Made by a program: the position numbers and the translations under genes
Notes under the pieces: model-generated
What the model was told of the DNA's origin: nothing
Database searches by the model: none
What the model saw: the letters and a program-made list of their open reading frames with translations, nothing else
Shown: piece by piece, positions 14,713 to 28,700 of the stretch
How positions within the stretch are numbered: the first letter of the stretch is position 1
Layout of the letters: each line of letters opens with the position of its first letter
Origin: the human T2T-CHM13v2.0 reference genome, Homo sapiens
Assembly: GCF_009914755.1 (NCBI RefSeq)
Contig: NC_060930.1
Direction: 5' to 3' (one strand)
DNA length: 64,000 bases

Positions 14713-14802
14713 TTTTAAGAAAGAAGCCTCAGGTAGAATTTTCTTTTCATCATATATTGAGTAAAGTAGAGAGATGTCATTTCTCTTTTTTTCTTTTCCC
14801 AG

Positions 14803-14877
14803 GACAAGACATTTCAAAGAAAGTATTAAATTCATTCACGAGTGCCGGCTCCGCGGTGAGAGCTGCCTTGTACACTG
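14803..14877 (+). CDS. DUSP22: DUSP22 coding exon (exon 5), TRHFKESIKFIHECRLRGESCLVHC
   Basis: tttcccAG acceptor, GTACGT donor, 75 bp, phase compatible with both neighbouring exons; ends within the catalytic Cys codon (TG|C). Confidence 0.97.
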
Positions 14878-15377
14878 GTACGTGTGTCTCTTGCTTAATA
14901 GCGCCTTAGCGTATTCTGGTCGGCTTGGCTTCCCATCAAGTGTTTTTCCGTGTGTGAATAATGGTTTCACCTCCTAATAGTTTTCTGTAAACCCTGACTC
15001 TCAAACGCGTGCTCCATTTGTCCAGCGCTGTGTGTTAGTCGCCCTTTCCTTCTGTTGAAGGAGAACCCTAACTCGTTTTGCTTTTGTTTTTTTCCCATTT
15101 CCACTGCTAGGATTTCTGTAGGGACCGTGAAGGTTACTGGACAACAGAAACTTCCCTTTGCTGGCTTGCCTCCAGCATTTCATCAGAACAGCCTCTTACA
15201 GATGACCCAGATTCTGTAGGCTCATCCTTGAAACCTCAGTGGCTTTTTGAAGACACTGTTGTTTTTTCTTCAGGAGACTTGATTGCAAATGTGGATTTTC
15301 AGTATCGCGCTACTGTGACACCAGAATGACCCAGTTTAGTGACGGCTGTCTGTTTGCATCCTGCTATATTTTGTGTA

Positions 15378-15378
<1 letters not shown>

Positions 15379-15413
<35 letters not shown>
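15379..15413. repeat. (AC)17 microsatellite, DUSP22 intron 5
   Basis: Pure AC run. Confidence 0.97.
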
Positions 15414-15415
<2 letters not shown>

Positions 15416-17057
15416 GAAAAGAAAGCTACTGTATCACGCTTAACCCGAGGATGATGCATCTGAAGCGCTTGGCAGTGTGCCTGGCACATAGAGAGTTCTT
15501 AGTGAAAGTGGGATGGCATTTTTATGACCACTCGTAATCATGCTAATAACATGGCTAATTTGTTCAGGGAACCAGTAGCCAAAATTCAGGAGCCAAGGCT
15601 CTGTTGTCTAAGTGCTAGGCCGGACATGTCCCCTCTCTGTCTTGAATGAAGTGTGTTATTAATTAACTGGAAGCCTAACAGTCTTTTGACATTCCCCGAA
15701 ACAGTTCCTCTTGCACTGTAAGCTCTTTAGGACTGTGAAGTGATAACTCCTGGGGAATATTGCTGCTGAGGTTGGTGGCAGCCCTGCCAGGACAGAGGGG
15801 ACCCAGGGACCCAGTGCATGACATCCAGAGAAGCCACCTATGAAAACTATAATGTGTTCTGAGGGCCGATAGGGACGACAGGGAGGACGCTAGATAGTTG
15901 AGTTGTTTTTAGAATGGTGTCTGCAGTTTCATACAGTTCTTGAAATCACATGATTTTTCATCTCACTTTTTTAAAGAGTAGAAAGTGTAATAAATACAAA
16001 TGGTAGGATTTTAACGTTCATTTCTGTTTGGCTTTAACATACCTTGGGGGTTCAATTGGAGCCAATTAAAGCGGAATTCTGGAACTCCCACTCCTGGGCT
16101 TCTCCTGGCTCCTAGTGAAGGTGAATCTCCAGGGTTGCAGCCCCAGAGGATCTGTCTTTTAAGATCTCTCCTGGTAGTTCTAATCTAAAGCCCTAGTGAA
16201 GAGCCACTACTTGAGAGTGGGGTTTTAAAATTATTGTTTATATTTGAATATGTGTAGGCCTGATATTCTAGGAATTAATACTTCATACAGTTCTGTGCAC
16301 CTAAAGATAGGCTTTTCTAAAAGTGAGACATTTGCTGAACTTCCCCATCTTAACCTGTTGCTAGAACTCTCTAAGTCTGATGAAGCACAGCCATTCTGTG
16401 ACCGCCTTCATTTGCATGTACATGTAAAACGGGTCTCACTCAGCCTGCTCCAGGTAACTGACCCTAACCGTTACTGCCTGCAAGGGTGCCTTGCTCCCAC
16501 CCTGCGGACACAGTGTGCCTGCTCTGTACTCTGCATATTTATGTCAGGAAGAGTACAAAAGTAAGATTGGGTAAGGGCTTCTCTACATCATGGGCTTTAA
16601 AAATTATAGATCTAGCCCTCATATAGCTGAGAAAACTCGACTTTTAAGGAAGATGAAGCATTCTAAACAAATGTAGGTTATAAATGGGTTTGTCGCGTAG
16701 GCCCTGGAAGCCTCGTTTCCTTGGAGTACCTCAGTTATGTCGTTTGTCCGGGGAAATGGGAAAGACCTGAGGAGGGGCTGAGGAGCAAGGGAGCATCTGG
16801 AGCCACAGCCCATAGAAAACCAATAAAAGAAGCTCAAACAGCAGAAGAAAGCATGCGATTCTAGTGCCAGGAAGCATAGGGAGCTGGTACGTTGAGTGCT
16901 GAGTGGCTTCCTGGTGGCGAGCTTGCTGTCCACATATAATCCAAGGCAGGAAGACTTTCTGAACAAGGTCCTTAGAGTCCCCCGCTCCACATGGATTGGG
17001 CGATGAACCCGGAGATCTGAAACTGCCCTCACACGTGTGCTTCTCTTGGCCCCGCAG

Positions 17058-17229
17058 CCTGGCCGGGGTCTCCAGGAGCGTGACACTGGTGATCGCATAC
17101 ATCATGACCGTCACTGACTTTGGCTGGGAGGATGCCCTGCACACCGTGCGTGCTGGGAGATCCTGTGCCAACCCCAACGTGGGCTTCCAGAGACAGCTCC
17201 AGGAGTTTGAGAAGCATGAGGTCCATCAG
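17058..17229 (+). CDS. DUSP22: DUSP22 coding exon (exon 6), LAGVSRSVTLVIAYIMT...ANPNVGFQRQLQEFEKHEVHQ
   Basis: ccgcAG acceptor, GTAAGC donor, 172 bp. Completes the PTP signature HCxxGxSR and has the AYIM and NPNxGF motifs of dual-specificity phosphatases. Confidence 0.98.
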
Positions 17230-17723
17230 GTAAGCAGTTCTTAGGGGACATCAGAGATGCAGGCAGGTGCCCCTGAACGGTGCCCACAGTCTTTCCGTAC
17301 ACAGCCAGCATCATGGCGTTTGGAGTTGAAAGGCCCACAGAGGACATCGGCTCCCAGGGCGCCCAGCTGCACCCCTTCAGAAGTCGTCACGATCCCTCGT
17401 GCACCTGTTGAAGCCACAGGCGCCTACCCTTTGTCATTCTCCTTGTGCCTGGTACTCCCTACTAGTTTGTTTCTCTCCCTTTGGGTGACGTACCATTTCC
17501 TTGGTCTGGCCTATTTTCATGTCCTAGGCCAGCACCTTGAAGGAGCAGTTCCTTCTCTTGCTTGACCCTGGCTGGCCAACCACAGAGCTCTGATTTCCCA
17601 CTGCTGTTTGTTTCCCTGGTTATGTGTGGCACCATCTCTGTGGTGAAGTCACAGGTGCAAGCCCACGTGGATGCAGACGTGCACATGTGTGTGACGTTTC
17701 GGGTTTGTTTCCATCCTCTCCAG

Positions 17724-17796
17724 TATCGGCAGTGGCTGAAGGAAGAATATGGAGAGAGCCCTTTGCAGGATGCAGAAGAAGCCAAAAACATTCTGG
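17724..17796 (+). CDS. DUSP22: DUSP22 exon 7, spliced form: YRQWLKEEYGESPLQDAEEAKNIL
   Basis: ctccAG acceptor; internal donor G|GTAAAT at 17797 joins in frame to 19777. Confidence 0.93.
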
Positions 17797-17906
17797 GTAA
17801 ATATAAGGAGCAAGGGCGCACAGAGCCCCAGCCCGGCGCCAGGCGGTGGAGCAGTTTTCCGGCACTGGCTCCGCTGACCTACGATAATTATACGACGGAG
17901 ACCTAA
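17724..17906 (+). CDS. DUSP22: DUSP22 exon 7, extended form (longer isoform ending ...LAPLTYDNYTTET*)
   Basis: Frame stays open past the 17797 donor to TAA at 17904-17906 (ORF 17562..17906). Matches the longer human isoform as I recall it. Confidence 0.88.
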   Translation, partial: YRQWLKEEYGESPLQDAEEAKNILGKYKEQGRTEPQPGARRWSSFPALAPLTYDNYTTET

Positions 17907-18139
17907 CGCAAGCGACCTGCTGCCTTCCTTCCCACTGCTTGTCTTCAGTGTGCCCGGCTGGGCAGGGGTGCGGTGGTGGTGGCCGATGAGGACAGGAAAG
18001 GGAGATAGCCAGGGCGAGGTGGGGCGAGGGCTCCTTCCCCCAAGCAACACCGCCCAGCCCTGCTCCAGGCCCCTGCACTCCGCCCACCCCTACCCTGGCT
18101 GCACCTGAGCTTGCTGCCCCCGGGGATGTTGCCCAGTGG

Positions 18140-18305
18140 CTGTGCACTGCTCTGTGCACGTGCGTGTGTGTGAGTGCACTTGTGTGTGGGTGACTAAGTG
18201 GATGCATGTGTGTGCCTGTGTGAGTGAGGGTATGTGCACCTAAGTGTGTACATGTGTGTATGTTGTGAAAGTGTCTGTGCACATGAATGTTTGTGTGAGT
18301 GTGAA
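18140..18305. repeat. Degenerate (TG)n tract
   Basis: Alternating purine-pyrimidine low-complexity sequence. Confidence 0.85.
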
Positions 18306-19605
18306 CTCTTTCTTACTGCTGGAAGTCACAGAATTCATATTGCTGCCCGGGTTGGTGTGGCCACCTTTCCCTTTGTCCAAGACTCCACATGGAAGGCATT
18401 TGAGCTCGACCTCCGAAAAGCTACCCAGCAAAGAGCAGTCTGTGCCTCTGAGCAGACCGTGAGAACTCAGGGGACGAGTGGCTAAGAGCATGGCCTCTCC
18501 CAGAACCCACCCAGGGTGGTGTGGTGGGGGCAACAGGGGCCAGACTCCTCTAGAGGGAGGGTGGCTCTGGGGCCCTGGAAAACGTGAGAGACTGCCCTGA
18601 GCTGGTCCAGTGGGCCAGCACTTTATACCAACTCAGCATTTAAGGGAAGTATCTTAGATTGCCTCCATCTCAATGTGAATGCACCAGGCTGAGGGTTCCC
18701 TAGCGCCTTGAGTCAAGGCCACTTTTCAGCCCATCGAGCCCTGAGTTCTACTTGGTGTTTGTTCTCTGGAGCTGATTGCACTTGAGCTCTGTGGTGGGCA
18801 GGCGCACTTTAGCCTAAGTTGGGTGCCCCAGGGCACCCCCTCCTCTCTGCTCCTTGCCAGCTTCATTCACTCCCAGCCTCTCGCTGTCCTCACTTTGCAG
18901 GGGCTCCTCCTCAACATTTGCATGCACCTGCAAGAATTGGGAAGAAAGAGCATTTATTAGGCACTGTAGCAATTTGCATTTTAAAATGCCTGAGCATTTA
19001 TTAAGCTTCTTGGTATTCACTTGGGTTTGATAATTGATCTGAGCTACCTCATTGAATGTTTTTGGAAAGGTGTTTTTTGGTATGCAAGTCAGCTTTGCCT
19101 CACAGTTGAAAATGTTCGGTCATGATTGCTTTTGAAACCAAAGGGGAAGGTACCGATATCATTGAGCTATTTAAAGTTGCCAGTTTGGGCTCCAGTAATG
19201 CTTTCTGGTGGGTAAAATTCCACATTCAGGCCACGAGAGCATCTACAGTTTGTACTCTGGGGCTGCAGGCATCCTGGGACGCTGTACGCAATTCAGTGGT
19301 CTAGTCCTTTATACCGACTCAGATTCCTTAAGCATGCAGAGTCACTCGAATGAAAAAACATACTCGACCTCTCCCTAAAAAGATGTTGCAACCCAGTTTC
19401 TCTGAATTCCACCACAAAAAGAGACCCTGAATAAGAAGAGCAGTTTTCCTATGCATATAGAGGGTGTGTCAAAGGTGAGCTTTTTGGGGACCGGGAAAAA
19501 CAAAGTTGCCTGATTCCGCGCAGGTGCACAGGCCCCGGATGTACACCCGGAAAGGGGAGTGTGGCTGTAGAATCATCCATCCGTCTACAGCTAAAACAAT
19601 TTGCC

Positions 19606-19640
19606 AATAAAGTACATGTTTTTCCTAAGCCAAAAATAAA
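19606..19640 (+). terminator. Two AATAAA hexamers (19606, 19635) in intron 7 / long-isoform 3' UTR; candidate proximal poly(A) site
   Basis: Two canonical hexamers ~140-170 nt upstream of the exon 8 acceptor. Confidence 0.45.
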
Positions 19641-19776
19641 TACGTTAACAGAAAAATGATTTAGGATATAGCTTGAATGCTTAAATATGTGCACCTTTAC
19701 AAACCTCTCAGTGTATTCTTGGAGTTCTTGAAATGTTGTTTTAATATTTGTTGCCAGTAATGTTCTTTCTTCACAG

Positions 19777-19823
19777 CCGCTCCGGGAATTCTGAAGTTCT
19801 GGGCCTTTCTCAGAAGACTGTAA
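19777..19823 (+). CDS. DUSP22: DUSP22 terminal coding exon (exon 8), (A)APGILKFWAFLRRL*
   Basis: ttctttcttcacAG acceptor; G|CC GCT CCG...CTG TAA gives the C-terminus of the shorter isoform. Confidence 0.94.
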
Positions 19824-20310
19824 TGTACCTGAAGTTTCTGAAATATTGCAAACCCACAGAGTTTAGGCTGGTGCTGCCAAAAAGAAAAGCAACATAGAGT
19901 TTAAGTATCCAGTAGTGATTTGTAAACTTGTTTTTCATTTGAAGCTGAATATATACGTAGTCATGTTTATGTTGAGAACTAAGGATATTCTTTAGCAAGA
20001 GAAAATATTTTCCCCTTATCCCCACTGCTGTGGAGGTTTCTGTACCTCGCTTGGATGCCTGTAAGGATCCCGGGAGCCTTGCCGCACTGCCTTGTGGGTG
20101 GCTTGGCGCTCGTGATTGCTTCCTGTGAACGCCTCCCAAGGACGAGCCCAGTGTAGTTGTGTGGCGTGAACTCTGCCCGTGTGTTCTCAAATTCCCCAGC
20201 TTGGGAAATAGCCCTTGGTGTGGGTTTTATCTCTGGTTTGTGTTCTCCGTGGTGGAATTGACCGAAAGCTCTATGTTTTCGTTAATAAAGGGCAACTTAG
20301 CCAAGTTTAA
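19824..20310 (+). other. DUSP22: DUSP22 3' UTR (distal)
   Basis: Runs from the stop codon to just past AATAAA at 20284; exact cleavage site not determinable. Confidence 0.75.
20284..20289 (+). terminator. Polyadenylation signal of DUSP22
   Basis: First AATAAA downstream of the exon 8 stop codon. Confidence 0.75.
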
Positions 20311-22023
20311 GGTCGCGTGCGATGCATTCTTCCCTAGCCAAGGGGCAGTCACCACGCGCCCTTCTGCCTGTGAGGGATTCCAAGGCAAGACTGAAGCCTA
20401 CTCCTGGTTTTATTTTAGAGGCTATTGTTTGCCTCCAGAAGGCGCTATAGCAGATGCTACAAAAGGTGAATTCATGTCTCCAAGAAAGAAAAATAGGCCA
20501 TGAGTGTGAGGCGAAGGAAATGTGGACATGAGAGTTAGTTCTGTTTTGCCTGCACGGTGGGAGCGGCGTATTCGGCGCCTGGAACGAGTTGTGTTTGCCC
20601 AGGAGCATGCAGCCAGCCGCGCCGTGTGCATCTGCCGCACAGCATTGAACACAGCTACTCTCATTCCATCTTCAGCTTTTAATCTGAGGGAACGTCACCT
20701 GAATTGACGAGAAATTTAAGTCAATTTGTAAAATTTTCCTTCTCTGATCTGGTGGAGGAAAAGGGAAATTTAACGCTGCTAGGGTAAGTTTGGGTTGATC
20801 TAAAGGCAAGTGAACTCATGAGCTGGTTGACTGTAGGTGGCAGACTTTATGTAGATTCTGATGCCTTGAAGCTCCCGGCAGCAGCTCAGGGGAGTGGCTG
20901 GGGGCCACAGGAGAGGCATAGGGAGGTAAGGCACCTTGCCAGGTCCCCAGAGGTCTGACTCCTGAGCTTCTAGCCTCTGCAGCAGTCCGATGAGCGTGAG
21001 GGGACACTCTGAATGCCTGGTATGGCACAGGTGGCTCTGTCCTCGGTGCCTCTGAGTGTTTTCATGGGCCAGACCAGCAAGCCCTGGTTGTGTCTCCTGT
21101 GGGGCCCACTCAGGAGGCAGCAGCCAGGCCCCAGCACAGCCCAGGAAGACTTGTGTGTGTCTCCTGGGGTGTGAGGCAGTAGCCACAGCAGGAAAACAGG
21201 TTTTCATGCAACAGCCCCAGTCTGCAGGGTCACCCAGCTCTCAGCCAATGTCACTCCCCACTACCATGTCTTACTGCAGGCTTATATCTGACACCAACAC
21301 TCATCATCTCATAATTGCGTGCTGCTCTGCAGGTCCCGAACTGTTGCCCCTAAGCTTTTTAAACTGACAGAGAAGGTATTTCACTCATTCGAGGCTCAGA
21401 GGGGCTGTGAAATGCACCTCGGAATGCGCCTGAAGATGTCCACATTGCTGGGACTGGAACCTGCTGGATCTTTTGGTCCCAAATCAGTGGGCAGGGAGGG
21501 AAGGAGTGAGGGCACAAGGGGCTGCCAGCTGTGGCTGGCGAAAGCAGCTGGGAGGAGCTCAGCAGAGTCACTCATGGGCTCCGGCCCAGGGCTCTGGAGG
21601 GTTCCACTGAGGCAGGGCCAGGCTCAGGCAGCAGTGTTGGCACCAGGAAGCTCTCCTTGCCTGCCCCCCTCCAGTCTCTGGGAGTTTGTTTTGGGCCATC
21701 GAGTGGGGGCAGTCAATTCCTGACCTCTGTCCGGAAGCTCAGGGCCATGCTGAGATGGTATTGACCATCTTAGATGTTACAAGCCAGAGATCCCGGTCTG
21801 TTCACAAGCAGGCCAGGCCTTGTGGGTCACCCTGGAGATGGGAATTGGCAACCTCTGAGCCCCCGTGAAGACCTGGGCGTGTACAATGAGGTGGGTTGAG
21901 GTCCACGGCACTTTCCGTTATGCTGTTTTTTCTTCAATTTCTTTGAACACAGATCTTTTCTAGCCTGAAACTCAGAATCACAGCCTATAAGCAGAGGAGA
22001 CTTAACTGGGTCAGCTGCCTCTC

Positions 22024-22051
22024 CATTCATTCATTCATTCATTCATTCATT
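22024..22051. repeat. (CATT)7 microsatellite
   Basis: Directly visible; probably an L2 tail. Confidence 0.9.
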
Positions 22052-22177
22052 GACTTGACAAATTTATAATGATCGTAACAGGTGCTATGGGATCCAGCCA
22101 GGCCTCAGACACACTCCTGATTCTCAGAAAGACTGTGGCCTGGGGGGGTTGGCAGTTAGGAAAGTTGTCACTCACAG

Positions 22178-22487
22178 CAGGGGTCCCCAGCCCCTGGGTC
22201 ACAGAGCAGTACTGGTCCATGGCCTGTTAGGAGCTGAGCCACACAGCAGGAGGTGACCACTTCCTGTCAGATCAGCAGTGGCATCAAATGCTCATAGGAG
22301 CACAGACCCCATCGTGAACTGTATGCGAGGGATCTAGGTTGCACGCTCCTTATGATAATCTAATTAGTGCCCAGTGATCTGAGATGGAACAGTTTCGTCT
22401 CGAAACCATCCCTGCCCCACTGTGATCCATGGAAAAATTGTCTTCCACGAAACTGGTTCCTGGTACCAAAAAGGTTGGGGACTGCTG
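22178..22487. mobile_element. MER1B-like hAT-Charlie element
   Basis: Termini caggggtcccc / ggggactgctg, typical MER1 interior, 8-bp TSD actcacag/acttacag. Confidence 0.85.
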
Positions 22488-23844
22488 ACTTACAGGACAG
22501 CATGGTAAGGACTATTACAGCTGTCCCTGGTGCCGTGTATGGGGGAAAGGGGTGAAAAGACACATTCCAGTTTGAGGAGGTGGGAACATTTAAGGGAAGT
22601 ATCTTAGAAAACGCAGTACCTAATTTAAGACCTGCAGTATAAGCCGTGGAATGAGCTGGGCATGGCGGGAAGGAAGGAGAGTTCAGGTGGAGGCTCAGCA
22701 CGTGGGCTAGCCAGCAGGCATGAAAGACCTTGGGGTCAGGAACGAGAGCCACTGCAGAACTAGAGCAGCCTCCCCAGGGCTGGGCAGTGCTGGGATTGTG
22801 CCAGCAAGGCTGCGAGCACAGCCGAAGCCTGACCAGCCAGGTTTACTTCCTAGGCCAGCCCTTGGAGCTAAGCAGGCTGAGAGGGGCAGCACCTTACCAT
22901 GTTCTCAGAGGTCTGACTCCTGAGCTTGTAACCTTGTAAGTGGTGCGGCTGCAATTCTGCAGATGGTGGGGGAGTGGAGGACTTGCTGAAGGGTGCTGAG
23001 CCAGCGGGACGCATGATGGATGTGCAGGCAGAAGGCTCACGCAGGTGCCCAAGTGGGGTGGGGCTGCATGTTGGGGCCAGTCAGGAGGCTGCTGCTAGGA
23101 CTATGCCGGTGAGAAAAAACAGCAGCCTGCCACGGGTCATGGTGGTGGAGATGAAGAGGGGCCCAGCAGGCAAATGGACTTGATGGAGGGTGGGGAAGGA
23201 CATGCAACTATTCTTGGTGACTGATTGCATATTGGGGAGTGAGGGCCCAGTGCCCCGCCTGCTCTCTGGGACCTTGGTAACAGTGCGGTGGCTCTTTTGT
23301 CCCAGCATCTTCCTGTACTGTGTGGTGTGTATGCCTCTGCAAAAAGGTTTAAGGAAGATGCTACAGAAGGGGCTGGGTGGGTCCCAGATCAGGGGCCTCC
23401 AAGCGGGGCTGTGCTTGGGTGTAACCTGGCTCTGCGGTTAGGTACCATGTTTGTCCATCATCCAGGACACATTCCCAGGGACCAGACTCATGAAAATGAA
23501 GATTGAATTCAAATTTCCGATTTCCTATTTTACTGTGAAGGATAAAATATTGGCTCTCCAAAGACTAATGTCATCTCCTGGTCAGGCTAGCTCTGTTTCT
23601 GTCATTAGCAAGATTTGGGGAGATTACCTTAGTCCTGGGGCATTGTGCAGTGAGCGTGAGTGGTCAGGACCTGAAGCTGGGTAGCCAAGGCTCTGTCCAT
23701 ACCTGCCGTGTCTCCGGGCTGGGGTGCTGCTGGTGCAGCAGATGAGGCACATGTGAGAGCAGGGCTGCTGCTCCTGAGAGGCTGCCTTTCCTGGGCCCCA
23801 GGCAGACCCCTGCTGCACACCTGTTCTCTCTGCCCATGGTGATT

Positions 23845-24234
<390 letters not shown>

Positions 24235-25323
24235 TAGTGGCTGTTTTTGTTTATTGGGTGCCAGCTCTTTCTAGTTTCAGTCTCAGCAGAGAATTCTGTT
24301 TCCAACTTCTGGAGCTGCCTTATGTTATTTGGACACAAGACAGCCGTAAATTCTGCTGACCAGGGTGTGCATGTGTGGGCAATGTGTATTTTATCGTTTT
24401 AGTTTTATTTCAGAGAACACCTTAGCTTCCAGGAGAGTTACATGTGCAACATCTCGGAGAGTGCTGAGCTCAGGTTCCTGGCCATTCAGGTAGCTCAAGC
24501 AGCAGGCACCTGAAAGCACTCCGAGGAATGGCCAAGCCCTCATCGCACAGCCAGAGCTGGTCACAGTGCTGCTCTGCACACCAGCCTCTAGTCATAAAAA
24601 TAAGGAACACACTAAGAATCACACCCCTGTGATCCCACATCAGATGTCTCCTCCCATCCTGAGTTATTAATAATTTTATTAAGAATATGCTTTCAACACG
24701 CTTGTATTTATATATGTACTTAACAAGAAATCACCAAGACTGCAGCGGGCAGTTCCTCTTCCCTTTCCTTTTCATTGCCCAGAGAAAGGGAGAAAAAAAA
24801 ACAACACTGCATTTGACTTGTCACTTGGAGGCTTAATTCCCTTCTTACATGCAGCAGTGGGGTCTCCTTCCGCCCTCAGGCACAGCTTGCTTTGAGACTT
24901 GCAGTATCACAATTAGTGTTCTCTTGCAGCTTGGACTTAACCAGCTTAAATTACCATCTGACTGAAGGGTGCGAGTGCTGGGTCTGCATGTGTTTCTTTC
25001 CATCAGGGGAAAGATTTGCCAGTGCATGTTTGAACATCTGCAAGTTTGGGTTTATTTTGGCTCCAAATCTGTATGCAAACTGTTGGTCATAAAGAGTTAG
25101 AAGTTCACAGCGAACCTTCCTGAAGCTTCTAGTTCAGTTTTTAGAGCTTGGTGTTGGAAGAGATCTATTTCAGCAGGTGCCTGAAAGTATAGGGAGTTCA
25201 ATATTCTAATTGCGTGTAGTGGCAGCTATTGGTTTAGAGGTAGGTTTAGCAGAAAAGACATTTTGGATGGGGTCATTTCTGTGCATGTCCTGTGTACACA
25301 GGCCTGATTTTAAAAGCTATATA

Positions 25324-25764
<441 letters not shown>

Positions 25765-28700
25765 TCACCACGCAGCAGCCCCCACGATGCACAGTAGTGG
25801 TAGGAAGCTTGGCCCCTCTCTCCCCGCAGAGGCACGTCGTCCATTGTTCTGCCCTGGGCCTCGGGCACCCACCCCCAGAAGCGGCCCCATCAGCACAGAC
25901 AGGAAGTGCACCTTGCTGGTGAGCAGGTCTGCTGCTTGTCAGTCAGCGCTGGGTTTCCCCAGACACTGATGGGCAGCCTTTTTGGAAAATAAGAATCAGA
26001 AGACTCCAACACGTGCACCCAAGAAATGTCACCTTCTGCTTTACAAAGGGTGTACCCTTCATGGCAACAGGCCCAGCCGCACAGAGCTTCCTCAGAGCCA
26101 GTGTCCTGGGAGAGGCCTGTCATGTGCCAGGGTCAGCTGCTGGGATTCTCCTGGGTTTTGTGTTAAGCTGGGCCAATGTGGTGACACGGGGAACGCCAGG
26201 AAGGTGTGAGAGGAGAGGAACCGACTCTTGGCTGTTACAGCGGCTGTTTGCAGGTTCAGGTGTGGCCGAGAGGGGTGCAGAAGGGTGGGCTGCCATCATT
26301 TCATGCCTGGAAAGTCACTTCCACAGCAAGAGGCCCGCTCCATGCCTTGCCAGGCCCTCCCGTCACCGTGACCCTCCGGCTCCCAGGACCACCAGGAGCA
26401 CAGGTTGGGGCAGAGGTGGTATCAGCAGATGAGAGTCTTGAAGTGGCTGGGGCCAGGCGGGCCTGGCTGAGGTTCAGTTGGGTCCTGATTCTCTGGAATA
26501 CCTTGGGGAAGTCCCCGAGGAGGCAACACACTCATGTGGGGAACTTTTCCCCTCCACTGCCATGAAAAAAACTCCCTAGAAGGGATGAGGGGTGCAGACA
26601 GCACCCTGGCTGGTGGCATTTGATGTGTCTGGGAAGGCCCCTTCTATCCCCAAAGACCTCCCATTAGATGGCAGGGTGGTCAACCTGAGCACGGCCAACA
26701 GCCATTGGGCGCTGATGCATGGCGAGAACTGGCAGAGGACCTTTTCTTTTGAAATCACGTCCTCACCACCATCTTGTGAGATAGGTTTTACTATGATCCT
26801 CGCTTTCAGATGAAGACACTGAACTCTAGTCTGACAGCCAGGAGGCAGCCAGGTCAGGACTGGAATGCAAGCAGCCTGACCCCAGTCACAGGCAAGGTGC
26901 GCCTACAGTCACCCCAGTGCCTTTGAGGGGGAATCACGAGAGGAGGGTGAAACCCACGCAGTGCCAGCAATCACGTGCCACTGTGTTGAAGTTCTTCCCT
27001 GAGGATGGGCGTGCATTCGATTAGAGGCCTTGTAGAGTGTGGGAAGGTAGGGAGTGGCAGAGATTCACTTCTTGCTTCTTGCAACCAAAGGGTTGCAGCA
27101 GGACAACCACGCACGCCTCTGCCCGGACCTTTCTGCCTTAGCCTGCAGTAACTGGCTGGGCACTGGGTGTCCTGGGCCCTGGGTTGCCCCCCGCAGGAAT
27201 ATAGAGTTGCCTGTGTGTGCAGTGGTGGGTGCTTTCTGTTCTCGATGCTCCATCTCTGTGAAAGATGAGCTCTGCATGTCCCACAAGGTATCTTCAGAAG
27301 CACAGAGATTTGCTGTGCTTGTCCAAGAAAGCACCCTATGTGTTCAGAGTGGCCGAGACGGGACCTCTCCCACAGCCTGGCACCAGGTCCTGGCAGGAAG
27401 CAGCCCAGTCTGAAGAACTCAGACAAAGAGAGGCTCATCAAGACCAGGCAAGAGAAGCAGCAGTGGGTGTCAGAGCAACCAGACTGGCAGGAGCTCCCTC
27501 CAACCCCTGAGGCTGAGGGGCAGGGCTGGGCAATGGTAGCACCTGAGCCCATTAGGACCTGGACCCTGGAGGGAGCCGGCAGGCCCTGGGCAAGGCAGGC
27601 TTTAAGAAGTGCAGCGAGGAAGAGTCTGTGTGGGGTGGCCTGGGTGGTGGGCACGGAGCCGGGTGGTTGCCTTTCACACAGGCAGCCCTGGCCCTCAGCC
27701 ATGGGTGGGGCTGGCACCTCAGTGATTGGATGGAGGAAGTGCTACCAGCTTCTGAGAAGCATCTGAGTGTCAACAAGCTGACACTAAAAGGGGGTCTGAG
27801 TGGGGAGTCTCTGCTCTCCTACACAATGTGCTCCAGAAATGTGCTATTCGGAGCTTTGCCTGTGACCCCCTGCTTCGGAAGCATTCCTGCCCATGTGCCC
27901 CACTGATCTCTGCTTTTCCTGGCAGCCTGTCTGGAGAACCGACCCCTCCCAGGGAAGGTCATCTGTGTTATGGGCGTGGGAGCATCTGCTATGAACTGTG
28001 TCCTCGTAAGAGACCCCCATGAAGAGGGGGTGGCCTCATCTGCGGCCCCATTGGCCGCTGTGCCCACAGCCCACAGTGAGAGCAAGGTTGGCACCACACA
28101 GATTGCCATGAGGGAAAGGAATATTTAATCTGGGCAGCCTCTGTTCGGAGGAGGTGGGGAGAGAAGGCAGTCACTCTGGAATATTCCATGAACAGAGTGG
28201 AGCCTCGAAGCCTGGAGCGCAGGCAGGGAGGTGCACCGGGCGGAGAGGCCCACAGGGGCTGCTCGGTGGGGGGGGGGGGTACCCTGGGCGAGGAGGGGGG
28301 TCTGGGAAGAGGGGTGAGGGCACCGGGGCATGAATGGCCTGCAGGTAAAGGCCCAGAACTGGCATGGCCTTGGCATCACACTTGCAAACGCTGAGGACCT
28401 ATCCTGGGGAGACCAGAGACTAGAAGGCAAGAAGGGCTGGTTTCCAGGTGCCTGCCCAGGAAGCTCCTGTGCTGTGGGCTGTGGGCGGCTGTGGAAGGCC
28501 CTGGGGCTTGATTTAGGCCTGGGGATGCTGGGCTGGCGGCTGCGAGGGAAGAGCAGTCAGGAGCAGGAACCACTGCCTGGGCTGGACGCCTCAGGGACCT
28601 CTCCATGGAAGAATTGAACAAATGAGGTGACAATGTGGGGGCCATCGCCATCATCTCCTTGTGACTGGCTGCGGTGGCTTGGGTTCTCCAGAAGCAGAAG

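Noticed and set aside
16996-17244. Treating ORFs 14774..14977, 16996..17244 and 17562..17906 as standalone genes
   Set aside because: Each is a DUSP22 exon plus in-frame intronic flank.
26971-27766. 248-aa and 142-aa ORFs in GC-rich intergenic DNA
   Set aside because: No recognisable domain, overlapping ORFs in several frames; expected by chance at this GC content.
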